DNA of 64,000 nucleotides from Candidatus Poribacteria bacterium (GTDB taxonomy: Bacteria; Poribacteria; WGA-4E; UBA9662). Positions 51,519-61,186 of this stretch are shown here, in pieces; within the stretch, counting starts at the first letter, position 1; each line of letters starts with the position of its first letter. Under the pieces are notes generated by a model, which worked only from the letters and a program-made list of their open reading frames with translations, was not told where the DNA came from and did not search any database. The translations under genes were made by a program, and so were the position numbers. Location: assembly GCA_046582655.1 (NCBI GenBank), contig JAYGDX010000110.1:1-64000 (forward strand). Direction: 5' to 3'.

Positions 51519-51671
51519 TATGAAACTAATTAAAAGAGAAAGATTGAAGGGAAATTTTGAAAAGAAGCAAATAGGCAGATGAATGATCTGAAATAATTAT
51601 GGCTTTAACTCAAATACAGCTTAATAATAAAACAGAAACGACTATTGTATTTATAGAAAGGAAATACTTAA

Positions 51672-54101
51672 GTGCCAAATGAAATTTTTGTTCAGGCTGA
51701 TGGGGATGACTCCGCACTAGGTACAATTGACCAACCAGTCAGAACCCTCCAACGCGCTGTCCAAATGACGGATAGTCAGCCTGCGACAATTACGTTGAGG
51801 GGTGGAGTCTATCCAATTTCCTCACCAATTGCCATTCAGCGTGGCGATTTGACCATACGAGGATTTGAATACGAAACGATTGTTCTCAGCGGCGGCGATC
51901 ACTTTAGGGCTAAATGGCAGCTGTTCCGAAACGACATCTACCAGACACAAGTTACAGGGCAATTCGCGATTGACCAACTGTTCGTCAATGGACAAAGGCA
52001 ACGTGTTGCTCGCTATCCTAACTTCGATCCATCGGCCAAATTTTTTGGTGGTACATCTGCTGATGCTATCCAGCCTAATCGTGTTCAGAGGTGGGAGAAT
52101 CCAGTTGGTGGTTATGTTCATGCATTACACCAATCCATGTGGGGTAGCAAACATTATCAGATTATTGGAAAGACCGATGACCATCAACTGATACTAAAAG
52201 GGGGATGGCAAGAAAATCGCGGAGGTAATCCTGACAACCCAGATTTTATTGGCGGATATCACGAGGAATTTCTATATGTCGAAAACATTTTTGAGGAACT
52301 GGATGTACCGAGGGAGTGGTACCTTGACGAGCAAAACCGAACACTATATCTGATACCAGAAGAGAATGTAGATCTAGATCAAGCAGACATAGTTGCAGCT
52401 TCGTGTAGACAGTTGATTCGGGTCAAATCGGATCAACCGCTGAAAAATATCATCTTTCGAAATCTAATCTTCAAATATACCGGACATCTTTTTATGGAAC
52501 TGTATGAGCGATTGTTACGTGGAGATTGGTCAATTGCGCGTCAAGCAGCTCTATACCTTGAAAATACGGTGGACTGCCAAATTATCGATTGCACCTTTAG
52601 CGATCTGGGTGGAAATGGAGTCTTTATTAGCAATCAAAACCGAGACCTCACTGTCAGTCAATGTCTATTTCAAGATCTCGGAGAGAGTGCGATTTGCGTG
52701 GTTGGCAGCGACAAGGCTGTCAGGTCAGGTGCCATCCGTTACGATAATGATATCCCGTTAGACCAGATCGACAGGACACCAGGCCCAAAGTCGCCAGACT
52801 ACCCAACAGGCTGTCTCATTGAAAACAATTTAATCCGTCGTATTGGACAAATTGGGAAACAGACGGCAGGTGTCTTCATTTCCAAAGCAGAGGCGATTAC
52901 AGTACGACACAATAGTATGTACGATATGCCTCGAGCCGCTATATGTATCAACGATGGCACTTGGGGCGGACATATAATTGAGTTTAATGATCTGTTCCAA
53001 ACAGTTCAGGAGAGTGGAGACCATGGGCCTTTTAACTCTTGGGGACGTGATCGGCATTGGCAAACCTCACACGCCGGAGGCTTTGAGAAGGGTGATCAAT
53101 CACAATCTCGTCGAGATTGTCGGTTAGATACTGAACAACCTGTTATCATTCGAAATAATCGCTTCGTCCATACTGATGGCTTCTCTTGGGGTATTGATCT
53201 GGATGATGGCACTTCCAATTACTATGTCTATAATAATCTGTGTCTAGGCTGTAGTTACAAACTACGAGAAGGATTCTTACGTCGAATTGAAAACAACATT
53301 TGCGTGGGACCGAATCCACCAGGCAAGCATTGTTGTTACCAAAAAAATCAAGACCTGATCCAGCGCAATATTATTGTTAATACCCAAGATAGTGTTGTTT
53401 GGCACGGAATTCATCACCAACCTGATCAATTGCACACCATTGACTACCAGCTGTTCTGGACGACTACGGGGGCCAAGCCAACCTTCATCAACAGTGGACA
53501 GCGATTAGACGGATACAATGAAGAGATAACTCTAACAGCCTGGCAAAAAAAAGGTCACGATCAACACTCTTTGTTCGCCAACCCGATGTTTATCGACCCA
53601 GCCAGTGGTGATTATAGGGTTAGCCCTGGATCACCTGCCTTCAAATTAGGATTCAAGAATTTTCCAATGGACCAATTTGGCACCCAGAAAACCAAGTTTC
53701 AGAAGATGATCGCCATTGACCAACCTAGCATCTATATTGCTGACAGCTTAATGGATTCAAACAGTAGCAAAAAAAATCGGAAAGAGCATATATGGAAAGG
53801 AGCGACCATCCGTAACTTGGTTGACAAAAAGGAGATGTCGGCAGCGGCGATAGGGGAGGAAACTGGCGTAATATTCATCCGTGTGCCTGCGTCTTCAGAA
53901 GCAGAAACTATTGGATTCAAAAATGGGGACGTCATCTTAACACTTAACGGTGAAAAGTGTTGCACCATCGACGATTTTTTAGGAATCCTCTCAGCTTTGA
54001 CAGAGGCTGCCGACCACAAACAACAAATTGTATGTCGCGTTACTGGCAACCCTCCCGATCGAGATGTCATTTTCCACAATTTGATTAGCGCGCAGGTCTA
54101 G
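51672..54101 (+). CDS. Right-handed parallel beta-helix protein with a C-terminal PDZ domain (GH141/pectin-lyase-like fold)
   Basis: GT..QP.RTLQRA, LRGGVY, QLFVNG.RQ..ARYPN, YVENIFEELD..EWYLD, PbH repeats, WGIDLDDG, C-terminal GFKNGDVIL.LNG. Confidence 0.8.
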   Translation: MPNEIFVQADGDDSALGTIDQPVRTLQRAVQMTDSQPATITLRGGVYPISSPIAIQRGDLTIRGFEYETIVLSGGDHFRAKWQLFRNDIYQTQVTGQFAIDQLFVNGQRQRVARYPNFDPSAKFFGGTSADAIQPNRVQRWENPVGGYVHALHQSMWGSKHYQIIGKTDDHQLILKGGWQENRGGNPDNPDFIGGYHEEFLYVENIFEELDVPREWYLDEQNRTLYLIPEENVDLDQADIVAASCRQLIRVKSDQPLKNIIFRNLIFKYTGHLFMELYERLLRGDWSIARQAALYLENTVDCQIIDCTFSDLGGNGVFISNQNRDLTVSQCLFQDLGESAICVVGSDKAVRSGAIRYDNDIPLDQIDRTPGPKSPDYPTGCLIENNLIRRIGQIGKQTAGVFISKAEAITVRHNSMYDMPRAAICINDGTWGGHIIEFNDLFQTVQESGDHGPFNSWGRDRHWQTSHAGGFEKGDQSQSRRDCRLDTEQPVIIRNNRFVHTDGFSWGIDLDDGTSNYYVYNNLCLGCSYKLREGFLRRIENNICVGPNPPGKHCCYQKNQDLIQRNIIVNTQDSVVWHGIHHQPDQLHTIDYQLFWTTTGAKPTFINSGQRLDGYNEEITLTAWQKKGHDQHSLFANPMFIDPASGDYRVSPGSPAFKLGFKNFPMDQFGTQKTKFQKMIAIDQPSIYIADSLMDSNSSKKNRKEHIWKGATIRNLVDKKEMSAAAIGEETGVIFIRVPASSEAETIGFKNGDVILTLNGEKCCTIDDFLGILSALTEAADHKQQIVCRVTGNPPDRDVIFHNLISAQV

Positions 54102-54502
54102 GCATCCACAGCCTGGTCTAGCAGATCGACCCAATCCGTTCTATTTAAATGCTATTCTTGGTTTGTGGAAGCAGATGCTTTTAACAAATTACATCCTCGG
54201 CCTTTACACCAAATCGCTTGGCACATGACCCAATCGCCATTTTTTGCCAATACTATTCAAATAAAAGTGGTCATCAAGGATTTCAAGTGCCATCAATTTT
54301 AACTGAAATATCGTTCGTGATTTTCATGCTAGCTGAGGACAATGAGGTAAAGATGGTGGAAATCCGATCCCTCCGTGTGTGGGGTATCGGTTGCAAGCGG
54401 ATGAAAATCCTTTCGAAAACAATCGGGGAGTGAACTCTGATTTTTATCCGCTTTCTCAGATCAGGTTACGTTAATGGACTAAGATAAAGGTACAGGAAAA
54501 CC

Positions 54503-56959
54503 TTATCTTAAGATTGCCAACCGACCATAGGCCTGCAATTGATCTCCATCATCTTTAACCAAGATTTTGTAGAAATAGACACCGTTGGCTAATCGACTTC
54601 CATTCCAATCTCTACCGTCCCATTCTTGTTCATTATAGCCTTTTCGACTAGAACAGTCTTGCACTCGGCAAATCAGGCGGCCAGATTTCGTGTAGATTGA
54701 GATTGAAACATCATCGACAGTACGGCTGAGTTGGTAGGTGAAGGTCGTTTTATCTTTCAACGGGTTAGGGAAATTGAGAGGGCCCGATATCTTTAGTTCG
54801 GCTTGATTAAGAGCATAAGCGTCAATCTGGTGCATGATGGTTTCCGGCGCGAAATTATCAATTAGAGCTACCTCAGCAGTTAATTTTTCTACCAAGCTGG
54901 TCTCAATAGTCAGACGCGAGTAACCGAAAACGGGAACAAATTGGCCGATGGATCGAATCAATGGTACCATTGATCGGGTATATTCGATGGCACTGTTAAG
55001 CTTGTCTTGAACTTGGTGAACTTTGCCTCCTTTGTAGCCCAGTTGAACCGCTTCTGCTAAACTCAATCGGCTTTCAAAGAAAGCGGTCCACATCTGCAAC
55101 AAACGCTGCGTATCCTTCAGATTATATGTTGTTTCGACATTAACCGGGTTTATTTTTGCCAGTGCCATGTTAGCCAGGTTACTAGCTTCCTGCATCTGCG
55201 GTAAAAGACCTGCTAAACGATTAACGGCATAATCTGCTTGCTGCTCATCCGGAATGGAGAAAATATCGGTGACAGCTGACTGACCAATAATGTCCCAAAA
55301 CCGAGTAGCAAAACCGGCGGAACCTTTACCATATTGACCGGTGACAGTCAGTGTTCCCGCATAATCAGTAAAGTAGTTGGATAATGCCCAACCACTAATC
55401 CTCAGTGATTTCAAGATCAGTCCAGCCGATTCAACTTGGTAGCGGTTAGTTAAGAAATCTCGCATCAGTTGCAGATGATCCAACTTAGGATTCCAGTTGA
55501 TTCGGGCGCTGAGCAAGCGATCTAGCTGACCCAATCCTACCTCTGCTCCCTGTACAGTAAAACCAGCTAAGCCAGGTTGCGGATGCGTGGTGGGAAACCG
55601 TCGAACACCATTAACAAACAAGTCGCCTTCCACCATCCATAATGGCATTACCTCTTCTACTTCGTGTGATAAAATAATTAGTCGGTGTTTCAAACCTCCC
55701 AACCGGCTCAACAACTTAGGTGAAAGGTTAGGCTGGTCGGAGGGTTCACCATCATATCCCCATTTCTGCGAGAAGATCGTACCTTGAGGCAGGCGTGCAG
55801 CGTAACTGCCATCAGGATCTTTCAACCAAAACCTGTCATACCCTGAGATATAAAACTTAAAATCGGGACGAACTTTTCGACTAGCTTGGATGACGGTAAA
55901 CATCAGCTTCCATAGCATTTTTTGCCCCGCCTCGCTTTGCCCTCCGCATTGGGGACAATCCTGGCAGGATCGCGTTTCATACCCCCAACAGCGGAGATGA
56001 AACCCAGACAAAGTAGGGTAGGTTACAACAATTTCCTGTACTAGCTCTGCCACCAATTGATGTAATTCTGGCTTAGACCAACAGAGTGGCTTGTAACTAA
56101 CCCCGTTTCTTGATCCACCGTAGGGGACGGGTTGGCCTAGTAATTGGGGGCGATTCCGAATCAGCGCTTCTGTTGGCTCGCCGGTGACATACATAAACAG
56201 GTAGGAATCGATGCCTCTTCGGCGCAATAAATCAAACCGATTCCGCAAGGTTTCGATCTGCTGTCGGCGTTCCTGACCTGTTAGATCTTGAAACAATTCG
56301 AACCGTGCTGCGTCAACATACTGAAAGGCAGTACCCAACCCATCGTCAATGCCAGTTCCATTCCAAATCCCTTCCCCACCGCTCATATTGATCCGGTGCC
56401 GTGCCAGCCAGTCTGGATCGTTGACTTCCAGCACAGCCCGAACGGGGTAAAAAGGCTGCGACCTTTGATCAATCGGAGAGAGAGCCAAATTGGGGCGGGG
56501 AGAGAAGATAAAGTCCAAATCAGCTGTAGTGAGTCCAGTGTGCTCGGACACCATCAATTCCAATAGATGGTAACAACCATAGAGAACACCATTGGCTGAA
56601 TGGGCCCCAACCATAATTCTGTTTTCATCCTCAAAACTCTTGATCCTGTAACCTTCGTTACCCAGGTTAATTGGCAGATCCAACCGTTTTCTAACTTCTG
56701 GGCTGGATTGGGGGATACCGATGGAAATTAGGGTAGGTGTCGAATGCAACTGGTTGGTAGTGATAATTGGCGGCTTGGTCTCGGTTAGCCGATTGATCCA
56801 GATCTGAAGTTCCTCGGCAGCATAGATCTCTACTACTGACGCTTGGACACCGATTTGGATGGTCGTTACCACGGACTGGCCATCAATGGATATAGGGATC
56901 TTCGGCAGAGCCGTTCGATGAATCAGTAACAGACTGAAAACGAGTACGATCCGCATCAT
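54503..56959 (-). CDS. Large secreted protein: GH20/GH67-like N-domain and a C-terminal FlgD-Ig/T9SS-CTD-like domain
   Basis: Signal peptide; YAAEELQ.....T, LG.EGY.I, GVLYGCY.LLE; C-terminal NFPNP...T.F.Y.L...SIY..SGRL...WDGRD.NG..LANGVYFY. Confidence 0.72.
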   Translation of the reverse strand: MMRIVLVFSLLLIHRTALPKIPISIDGQSVVTTIQIGVQASVVEIYAAEELQIWINRLTETKPPIITTNQLHSTPTLISIGIPQSSPEVRKRLDLPINLGNEGYRIKSFEDENRIMVGAHSANGVLYGCYHLLELMVSEHTGLTTADLDFIFSPRPNLALSPIDQRSQPFYPVRAVLEVNDPDWLARHRINMSGGEGIWNGTGIDDGLGTAFQYVDAARFELFQDLTGQERRQQIETLRNRFDLLRRRGIDSYLFMYVTGEPTEALIRNRPQLLGQPVPYGGSRNGVSYKPLCWSKPELHQLVAELVQEIVVTYPTLSGFHLRCWGYETRSCQDCPQCGGQSEAGQKMLWKLMFTVIQASRKVRPDFKFYISGYDRFWLKDPDGSYAARLPQGTIFSQKWGYDGEPSDQPNLSPKLLSRLGGLKHRLIILSHEVEEVMPLWMVEGDLFVNGVRRFPTTHPQPGLAGFTVQGAEVGLGQLDRLLSARINWNPKLDHLQLMRDFLTNRYQVESAGLILKSLRISGWALSNYFTDYAGTLTVTGQYGKGSAGFATRFWDIIGQSAVTDIFSIPDEQQADYAVNRLAGLLPQMQEASNLANMALAKINPVNVETTYNLKDTQRLLQMWTAFFESRLSLAEAVQLGYKGGKVHQVQDKLNSAIEYTRSMVPLIRSIGQFVPVFGYSRLTIETSLVEKLTAEVALIDNFAPETIMHQIDAYALNQAELKISGPLNFPNPLKDKTTFTYQLSRTVDDVSISIYTKSGRLICRVQDCSSRKGYNEQEWDGRDWNGSRLANGVYFYKILVKDDGDQLQAYGRLAILR

Positions 56960-56967
56960 GAATCCGC

Positions 56968-56996
56968 ATTGTACATTACAGGTATCTGGCAGTCAA
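56968..56996 (-). promoter_or_regulatory. sigma70-type promoter, near-leaderless
   Basis: TTGACT-17-TACAAT, then 8 nt to ATG 56959. Confidence 0.7.
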
Positions 56997-57019
56997 CGGC
57001 AATCCTGACTTCAAAGGTC

Positions 57020-57048
57020 TTGACCAAGTATTAATTTACCAGTATCAT
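57020..57048 (+). promoter_or_regulatory. sigma70-type promoter, near-leaderless
   Basis: TTGACC-17-TATCAT, then 8 nt to ATG 57057. Confidence 0.65.
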
Positions 57049-57056
57049 CTGGAGCG

Positions 57057-57821
57057 ATGATAGAACCAAGTATTGTTATTGATCAGATTGATTATCCGTT
57101 GATGACGGTAGCAAAGGGGGCCTTCCTAATGGGAACCATTTCTGGCACTAACAATGCTAAATCGGAAGAGGAAGAGCCACAGCGAAAAGTAACGCTACCT
57201 TCTTATCTGATGGGGCAGTATCCGATCACCAACATCCAGTATCACCAATTTGTGGATGACACCAATTGCCAAACGCCAGCCTACGTGGATGATTCGCGTT
57301 TTAATCAGCCACATTTCCCAGTCACCGGTATTAGTTGGTTGGAGACGGAAAATTTCCTGAATTGGCTGAACCAGTTAACCAAAGGAACCTACCGGTTACC
57401 AACCGAAGCAGAATGGGAAAAAGCTGCACGCGGTGATACTGGTCAACAGTATCCTTGGGCGGAGCTTGTTGACGATGCAATAATTTCTGAATGGGATCCG
57501 TCTAAAGGCAATTTTGGCAACACCAAACTAAAAAGATTGACTGCTGTTAATCAGTACCCATCCGGAATAAGTCCTTACGGTTGTTATAACATGGCGGGAA
57601 ACTGTTATGAGTGGTGTTGGGATTGGTTTCATCCCCAAACCTATAAATATGCTCCCTCCCACGCCCCGAGAGGTGCCCGAGATGGGAATCGGAAGGTAAT
57701 CCGCGGAGGATCATGGAATTCCAACGGGAAATTTAGCGGACGATGCGCCAATCGTGCTGCTCAACGACCACATTGTCGCCTTAACTATATTAGTTTCCGA
57801 ATTGCTAGCGATCCAGTTTAA
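57057..57821 (+). CDS. FGE-sulfatase (SUMF1/EgtB/PvdO)-domain protein
   Basis: GAFLMG, EEPQR.V, ITN.QY, PVTGISW, RLPTEAEWEKAARG, SPYG..NMAGN..EW..DW, RGGSW, FR. Confidence 0.88.
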   Translation: MIEPSIVIDQIDYPLMTVAKGAFLMGTISGTNNAKSEEEEPQRKVTLPSYLMGQYPITNIQYHQFVDDTNCQTPAYVDDSRFNQPHFPVTGISWLETENFLNWLNQLTKGTYRLPTEAEWEKAARGDTGQQYPWAELVDDAIISEWDPSKGNFGNTKLKRLTAVNQYPSGISPYGCYNMAGNCYEWCWDWFHPQTYKYAPSHAPRGARDGNRKVIRGGSWNSNGKFSGRCANRAAQRPHCRLNYISFRIASDPV

Positions 57822-59761
57822 GGCCAGGGGAAAAATGGGGCTGGCACCCCCCAGACCCAACTAACTGCTGTCCAGACAACAGCCATGCTGAACTCGCCAA
57901 ATATCAAGCCGAGGAAGAATGGGCGCAACCACAGATAACGACCGATTCCGCCATACTTCAGAATCGGCGTTTTAATCAACCACGCCACCAGAATAGGAAA
58001 CCAGAAGACGATCAGCGACCAAGAAGCGGATAAAGCATAACCAAGCGGGTAAAACGGCCACCACCAATAAAGGGACCTCATCACAATCAATCCGGTAGTG
58101 ACGCTGATGCCAACGGTAAAGAAAATTAGTGCCGTTAGGCTGGAGGTCGTCTGTAGTCCTTCTAGAGCTGAAGCATTATCTTGGAAAGCCCAGATGGGAT
58201 TGGCACTGTAGACATAGGAATACATATAATTCCCCCCTTGTCTATAAGGTAACCAAAGATGGATTAACGCAGCGCAAATGAAGGCTAAAACAATTGAAAG
58301 CGAAATAACAACCAGTAGGAGCCGCCGATTGAGTTTAACACTCTGGCTAATCTTCAGACTATCCAGAAAAATAGTTAAGATCAATCCACGTTGATCACGG
58401 GTAAAAATAGCATCGAAAAAGGAAAGTGTCGTTAAACTGGACGGACCTAGCGTTTTTTTTGCTGCGAAAATCTGATAGATATCGATTGGTCGAAAAGAGG
58501 TTTCTGTCATCAGCATCCCAGCCTCAGCAGTACTTCTGGCCATCACGACTGCTACAACTCCAATGTAGACTACTACCTGGAGCAGTGCAAAGGCGGGATG
58601 TATCCCGGCATAGGTCATCCACAGAATTACACCCAGCAAGCTGAGGATCAGTCCCCACACCGCGATCGAATAGGGTAGCAGTTCGTCCTCACCTTTCGCT
58701 TCACTACTCGCATTTCGATGCAACCTTAGGGCAACACGAAACACCTGTTTCAAGTGAGGGAAACCGGTATAGACAAAATAGATCACTAGTACTATATAGG
58801 CCCCAACTATCTGATAGCCGATATGCAACCGAGTCGGATATAAAGGCATGTTGCTGAGCCGCAATCCGAAGAGGACGGCAATCACATCCTGTATCCGTGT
58901 TAGCAGAAAAAAGAACCATAGACTAAACAACAATTGCGTTGGTAACAGATAAAAAAAACCAATTCCAGCTAAGGACAGAAAAATCGGAGTATAAAAAATG
59001 CCGTTAAGCGGCCGTTCTCTCAGATAATCGTTGAGAATATATCTGAGTTGTAGATTGGGCACTTGTGGAAAAATGACGTGAAATCCATTGAGACTGAAGA
59101 TCAGAGTTGGCAGAGCAAAACCTAACCACATTAGGCGGTTGCTGAGAAAACGGCGTTTCTGGTTGGCAAATTCCAATGGCAACTGTACCAACGGAAAGGA
59201 TAATTTTTCGTTTTCGACCCACTGTTTTCTGATAATGGCTGCTAGACAAAGGAAAGCGAAAAAAATTAGAAAGACCACAATACTCCAAGCCAACAATGGA
59301 GACATCCACTCCCGCCACGGGATTGCATCGACTGTTCCTTCGTAGAAATCAATTACCGTTTTCTGCTCCGATTTCCGGTTGGGGTCAAAGGGAACTAGCC
59401 AATCCTTGACAAAAGGGAAAAAGAGATCCGCCCAGTTGTTGGACTGGTTGGCAAAATAGTTGACCGCCACTAGAGCAGGGATAAACTTTTCCATCAGCCC
59501 ACGAGAAGAAATTGAAGAAGCAATCAGCATCATACAGTAAATCAGCATCAACTCACGTGAAGAAAGCTTCAATCGCCGACTCAAACGTGGTATTAAGCGG
59601 TTGATGATCACAATAAAAAAGAAGAGGCCGATTACAACTGGCGGGAACTGCAAAAACCCAATCTGAATATAGGAAATAACTAGTTCAGCATAGGAAACGA
59701 TAAAACAAACCAGCACCAACAGACAGATACCGAGCAATAATGCTGGCAGAGAAATGCCCAA
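57818..59761 (-). CDS. Large polytopic membrane protein (DUF6785/DUF6784-like putative transporter)
   Basis: ELMLIYCM, IPW..W..P...W, RKQW.ENEKLSFPLVQLP, WWPFYPLGY, KYGG...Y...RPFFLGLI.GE; start uncertain. Confidence 0.75.
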   Translation of the reverse strand: MGISLPALLLGICLLVLVCFIVSYAELVISYIQIGFLQFPPVVIGLFFFIVIINRLIPRLSRRLKLSSRELMLIYCMMLIASSISSRGLMEKFIPALVAVNYFANQSNNWADLFFPFVKDWLVPFDPNRKSEQKTVIDFYEGTVDAIPWREWMSPLLAWSIVVFLIFFAFLCLAAIIRKQWVENEKLSFPLVQLPLEFANQKRRFLSNRLMWLGFALPTLIFSLNGFHVIFPQVPNLQLRYILNDYLRERPLNGIFYTPIFLSLAGIGFFYLLPTQLLFSLWFFFLLTRIQDVIAVLFGLRLSNMPLYPTRLHIGYQIVGAYIVLVIYFVYTGFPHLKQVFRVALRLHRNASSEAKGEDELLPYSIAVWGLILSLLGVILWMTYAGIHPAFALLQVVVYIGVVAVVMARSTAEAGMLMTETSFRPIDIYQIFAAKKTLGPSSLTTLSFFDAIFTRDQRGLILTIFLDSLKISQSVKLNRRLLLVVISLSIVLAFICAALIHLWLPYRQGGNYMYSYVYSANPIWAFQDNASALEGLQTTSSLTALIFFTVGISVTTGLIVMRSLYWWWPFYPLGYALSASWSLIVFWFPILVAWLIKTPILKYGGIGRYLWLRPFFLGLIFGEFSMAVVWTAVSWVWGVPAPFFPWP

Positions 59762-60488
59762 ATTGAATCCCTTTCAATCCGAATTATAACTTGAAAACAA
59801 AAAAGCACCGTTTACTGCGCAGCGGGACTCTTACGGTATTAAGATTCTCTTTGTCATCAGATCAGTTGCTTATTCTCAGCTAACACTTGGTTAATCGGTA
59901 CGGCATCATCAAGAACACTGTTTCAATAGTCAGACGGTTTTTTGTATGGATCATGATAGTGGACCTATCCCGATTTGATGATTCTCTAACTGATAGCTAA
60001 CTTCTACCACTAAAATTTGATTAAGATCTTCAATTCATTCCGACCAATCTTTAATTGATCAATACCATCTATTGACGATATCTGATTCAAGTTATGAATT
60101 TCGGACTGATTTCCAGTTGGAGGATTGCAGAAATCTGCTTCCATGACTGGTGACTAAAACCAGTTCTGGCCCTTGATCTTATCTCCAAGCGAGAAGCACT
60201 TTTTGTTGTGGATACACGGCTGTAGTTTCGTGTTTCACTCCGATGGTCGAGGATTGTTCTTTCGACCGGTCAAGCTGGCAATTTCGACATAACAGAAGTA
60301 GGTAACCGCAATGTGCTTAACTAGATCGGTGTAAGTGTAACGAAAATCAACTTGGCAAGTAATGATTCTGGAACTAATATGCTGGTAATCAATGCTATCT
60401 TGGCGGCCACGAAAAATGTTCTAACCCAATAAAAAAACACAAAAATGATGAGAATCAAAAATTCTCGCATTTTCATCGAATTATACTT

Positions 60489-61019
60489 TTAGGCTATAAA
60501 GCGGAGACCTATCATCGCGCTGGCAATGCCCAATAACGTCCCGGCTAGAACATCTGTTGGATAGTGTACGCCAAGATATATACGGGAGAAACCGACAATT
60601 GTTGCCCATGTCAGCATCGGGAACATGATGATAGAATAGAAATTTCCGAGGACGATGGATACCATAAACGCACTAGCAGTATGACCGGAAGGGAAGCTAA
60701 ATTGATCGGGAGGCTGAATTAAGAAGCTTATTCCTTCGATCTTTTCAAAAGGACGATCGCGTTTGACCTTTTTTTTGACCAAGAAGTAGAGACAAAGCTT
60801 TACCGTAAACGCACAAGCACCGCAAACAAAAATAATTTTCCATTCAGCAGGACGAAAAACCAGCAGTAATGACATAATTACAATGTACAAGTGGCCATCA
60901 CCACTTCTGGAGATCCAGAACAAGGCATTGTTAACCAACCGCCCGCCATTCATGTTGAAGATTCGTATGAATAGATCCAGATCCCACTGTTGAAGCTGAT
61001 GGATAACTGACTTTGTCAA
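60489..61019 (-). CDS. PAP2-family membrane phosphatase
   Basis: K.KVKRDRP, SFPSGH, SRIYLGVHYPTDV. Confidence 0.92.
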   Translation of the reverse strand: MTKSVIHQLQQWDLDLFIRIFNMNGGRLVNNALFWISRSGDGHLYIVIMSLLLVFRPAEWKIIFVCGACAFTVKLCLYFLVKKKVKRDRPFEKIEGISFLIQPPDQFSFPSGHTASAFMVSIVLGNFYSIIMFPMLTWATIVGFSRIYLGVHYPTDVLAGTLLGIASAMIGLRFIA

Positions 61020-61186
61020 TTTGAGCCCTAATCCCCATATTTTGGCTGATCTAATAAAATGCTACCTAAATTATATCAAGAATTACTATCAGAGACAATC
61101 TAAAAAAACAGTCTTAGGTTTCAGAAAATTGTGGATCTAAGTTATAATAAAAAGAAGATAGGAAAAATAGAGATGCCTTTAAGCAG

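Noticed and set aside
54110..54490. 71-aa ORF 54218-54433 or a minus-strand remnant
   Set aside because: No RBS or recognisable family; evidence is too weak.
41105..57821. Calling the two FGE-domain proteins true formylglycine-generating enzymes for the sulfatase
   Set aside because: Neither shows the CxxxxC catalytic pair after RGGS, so only a domain-level call is supported.
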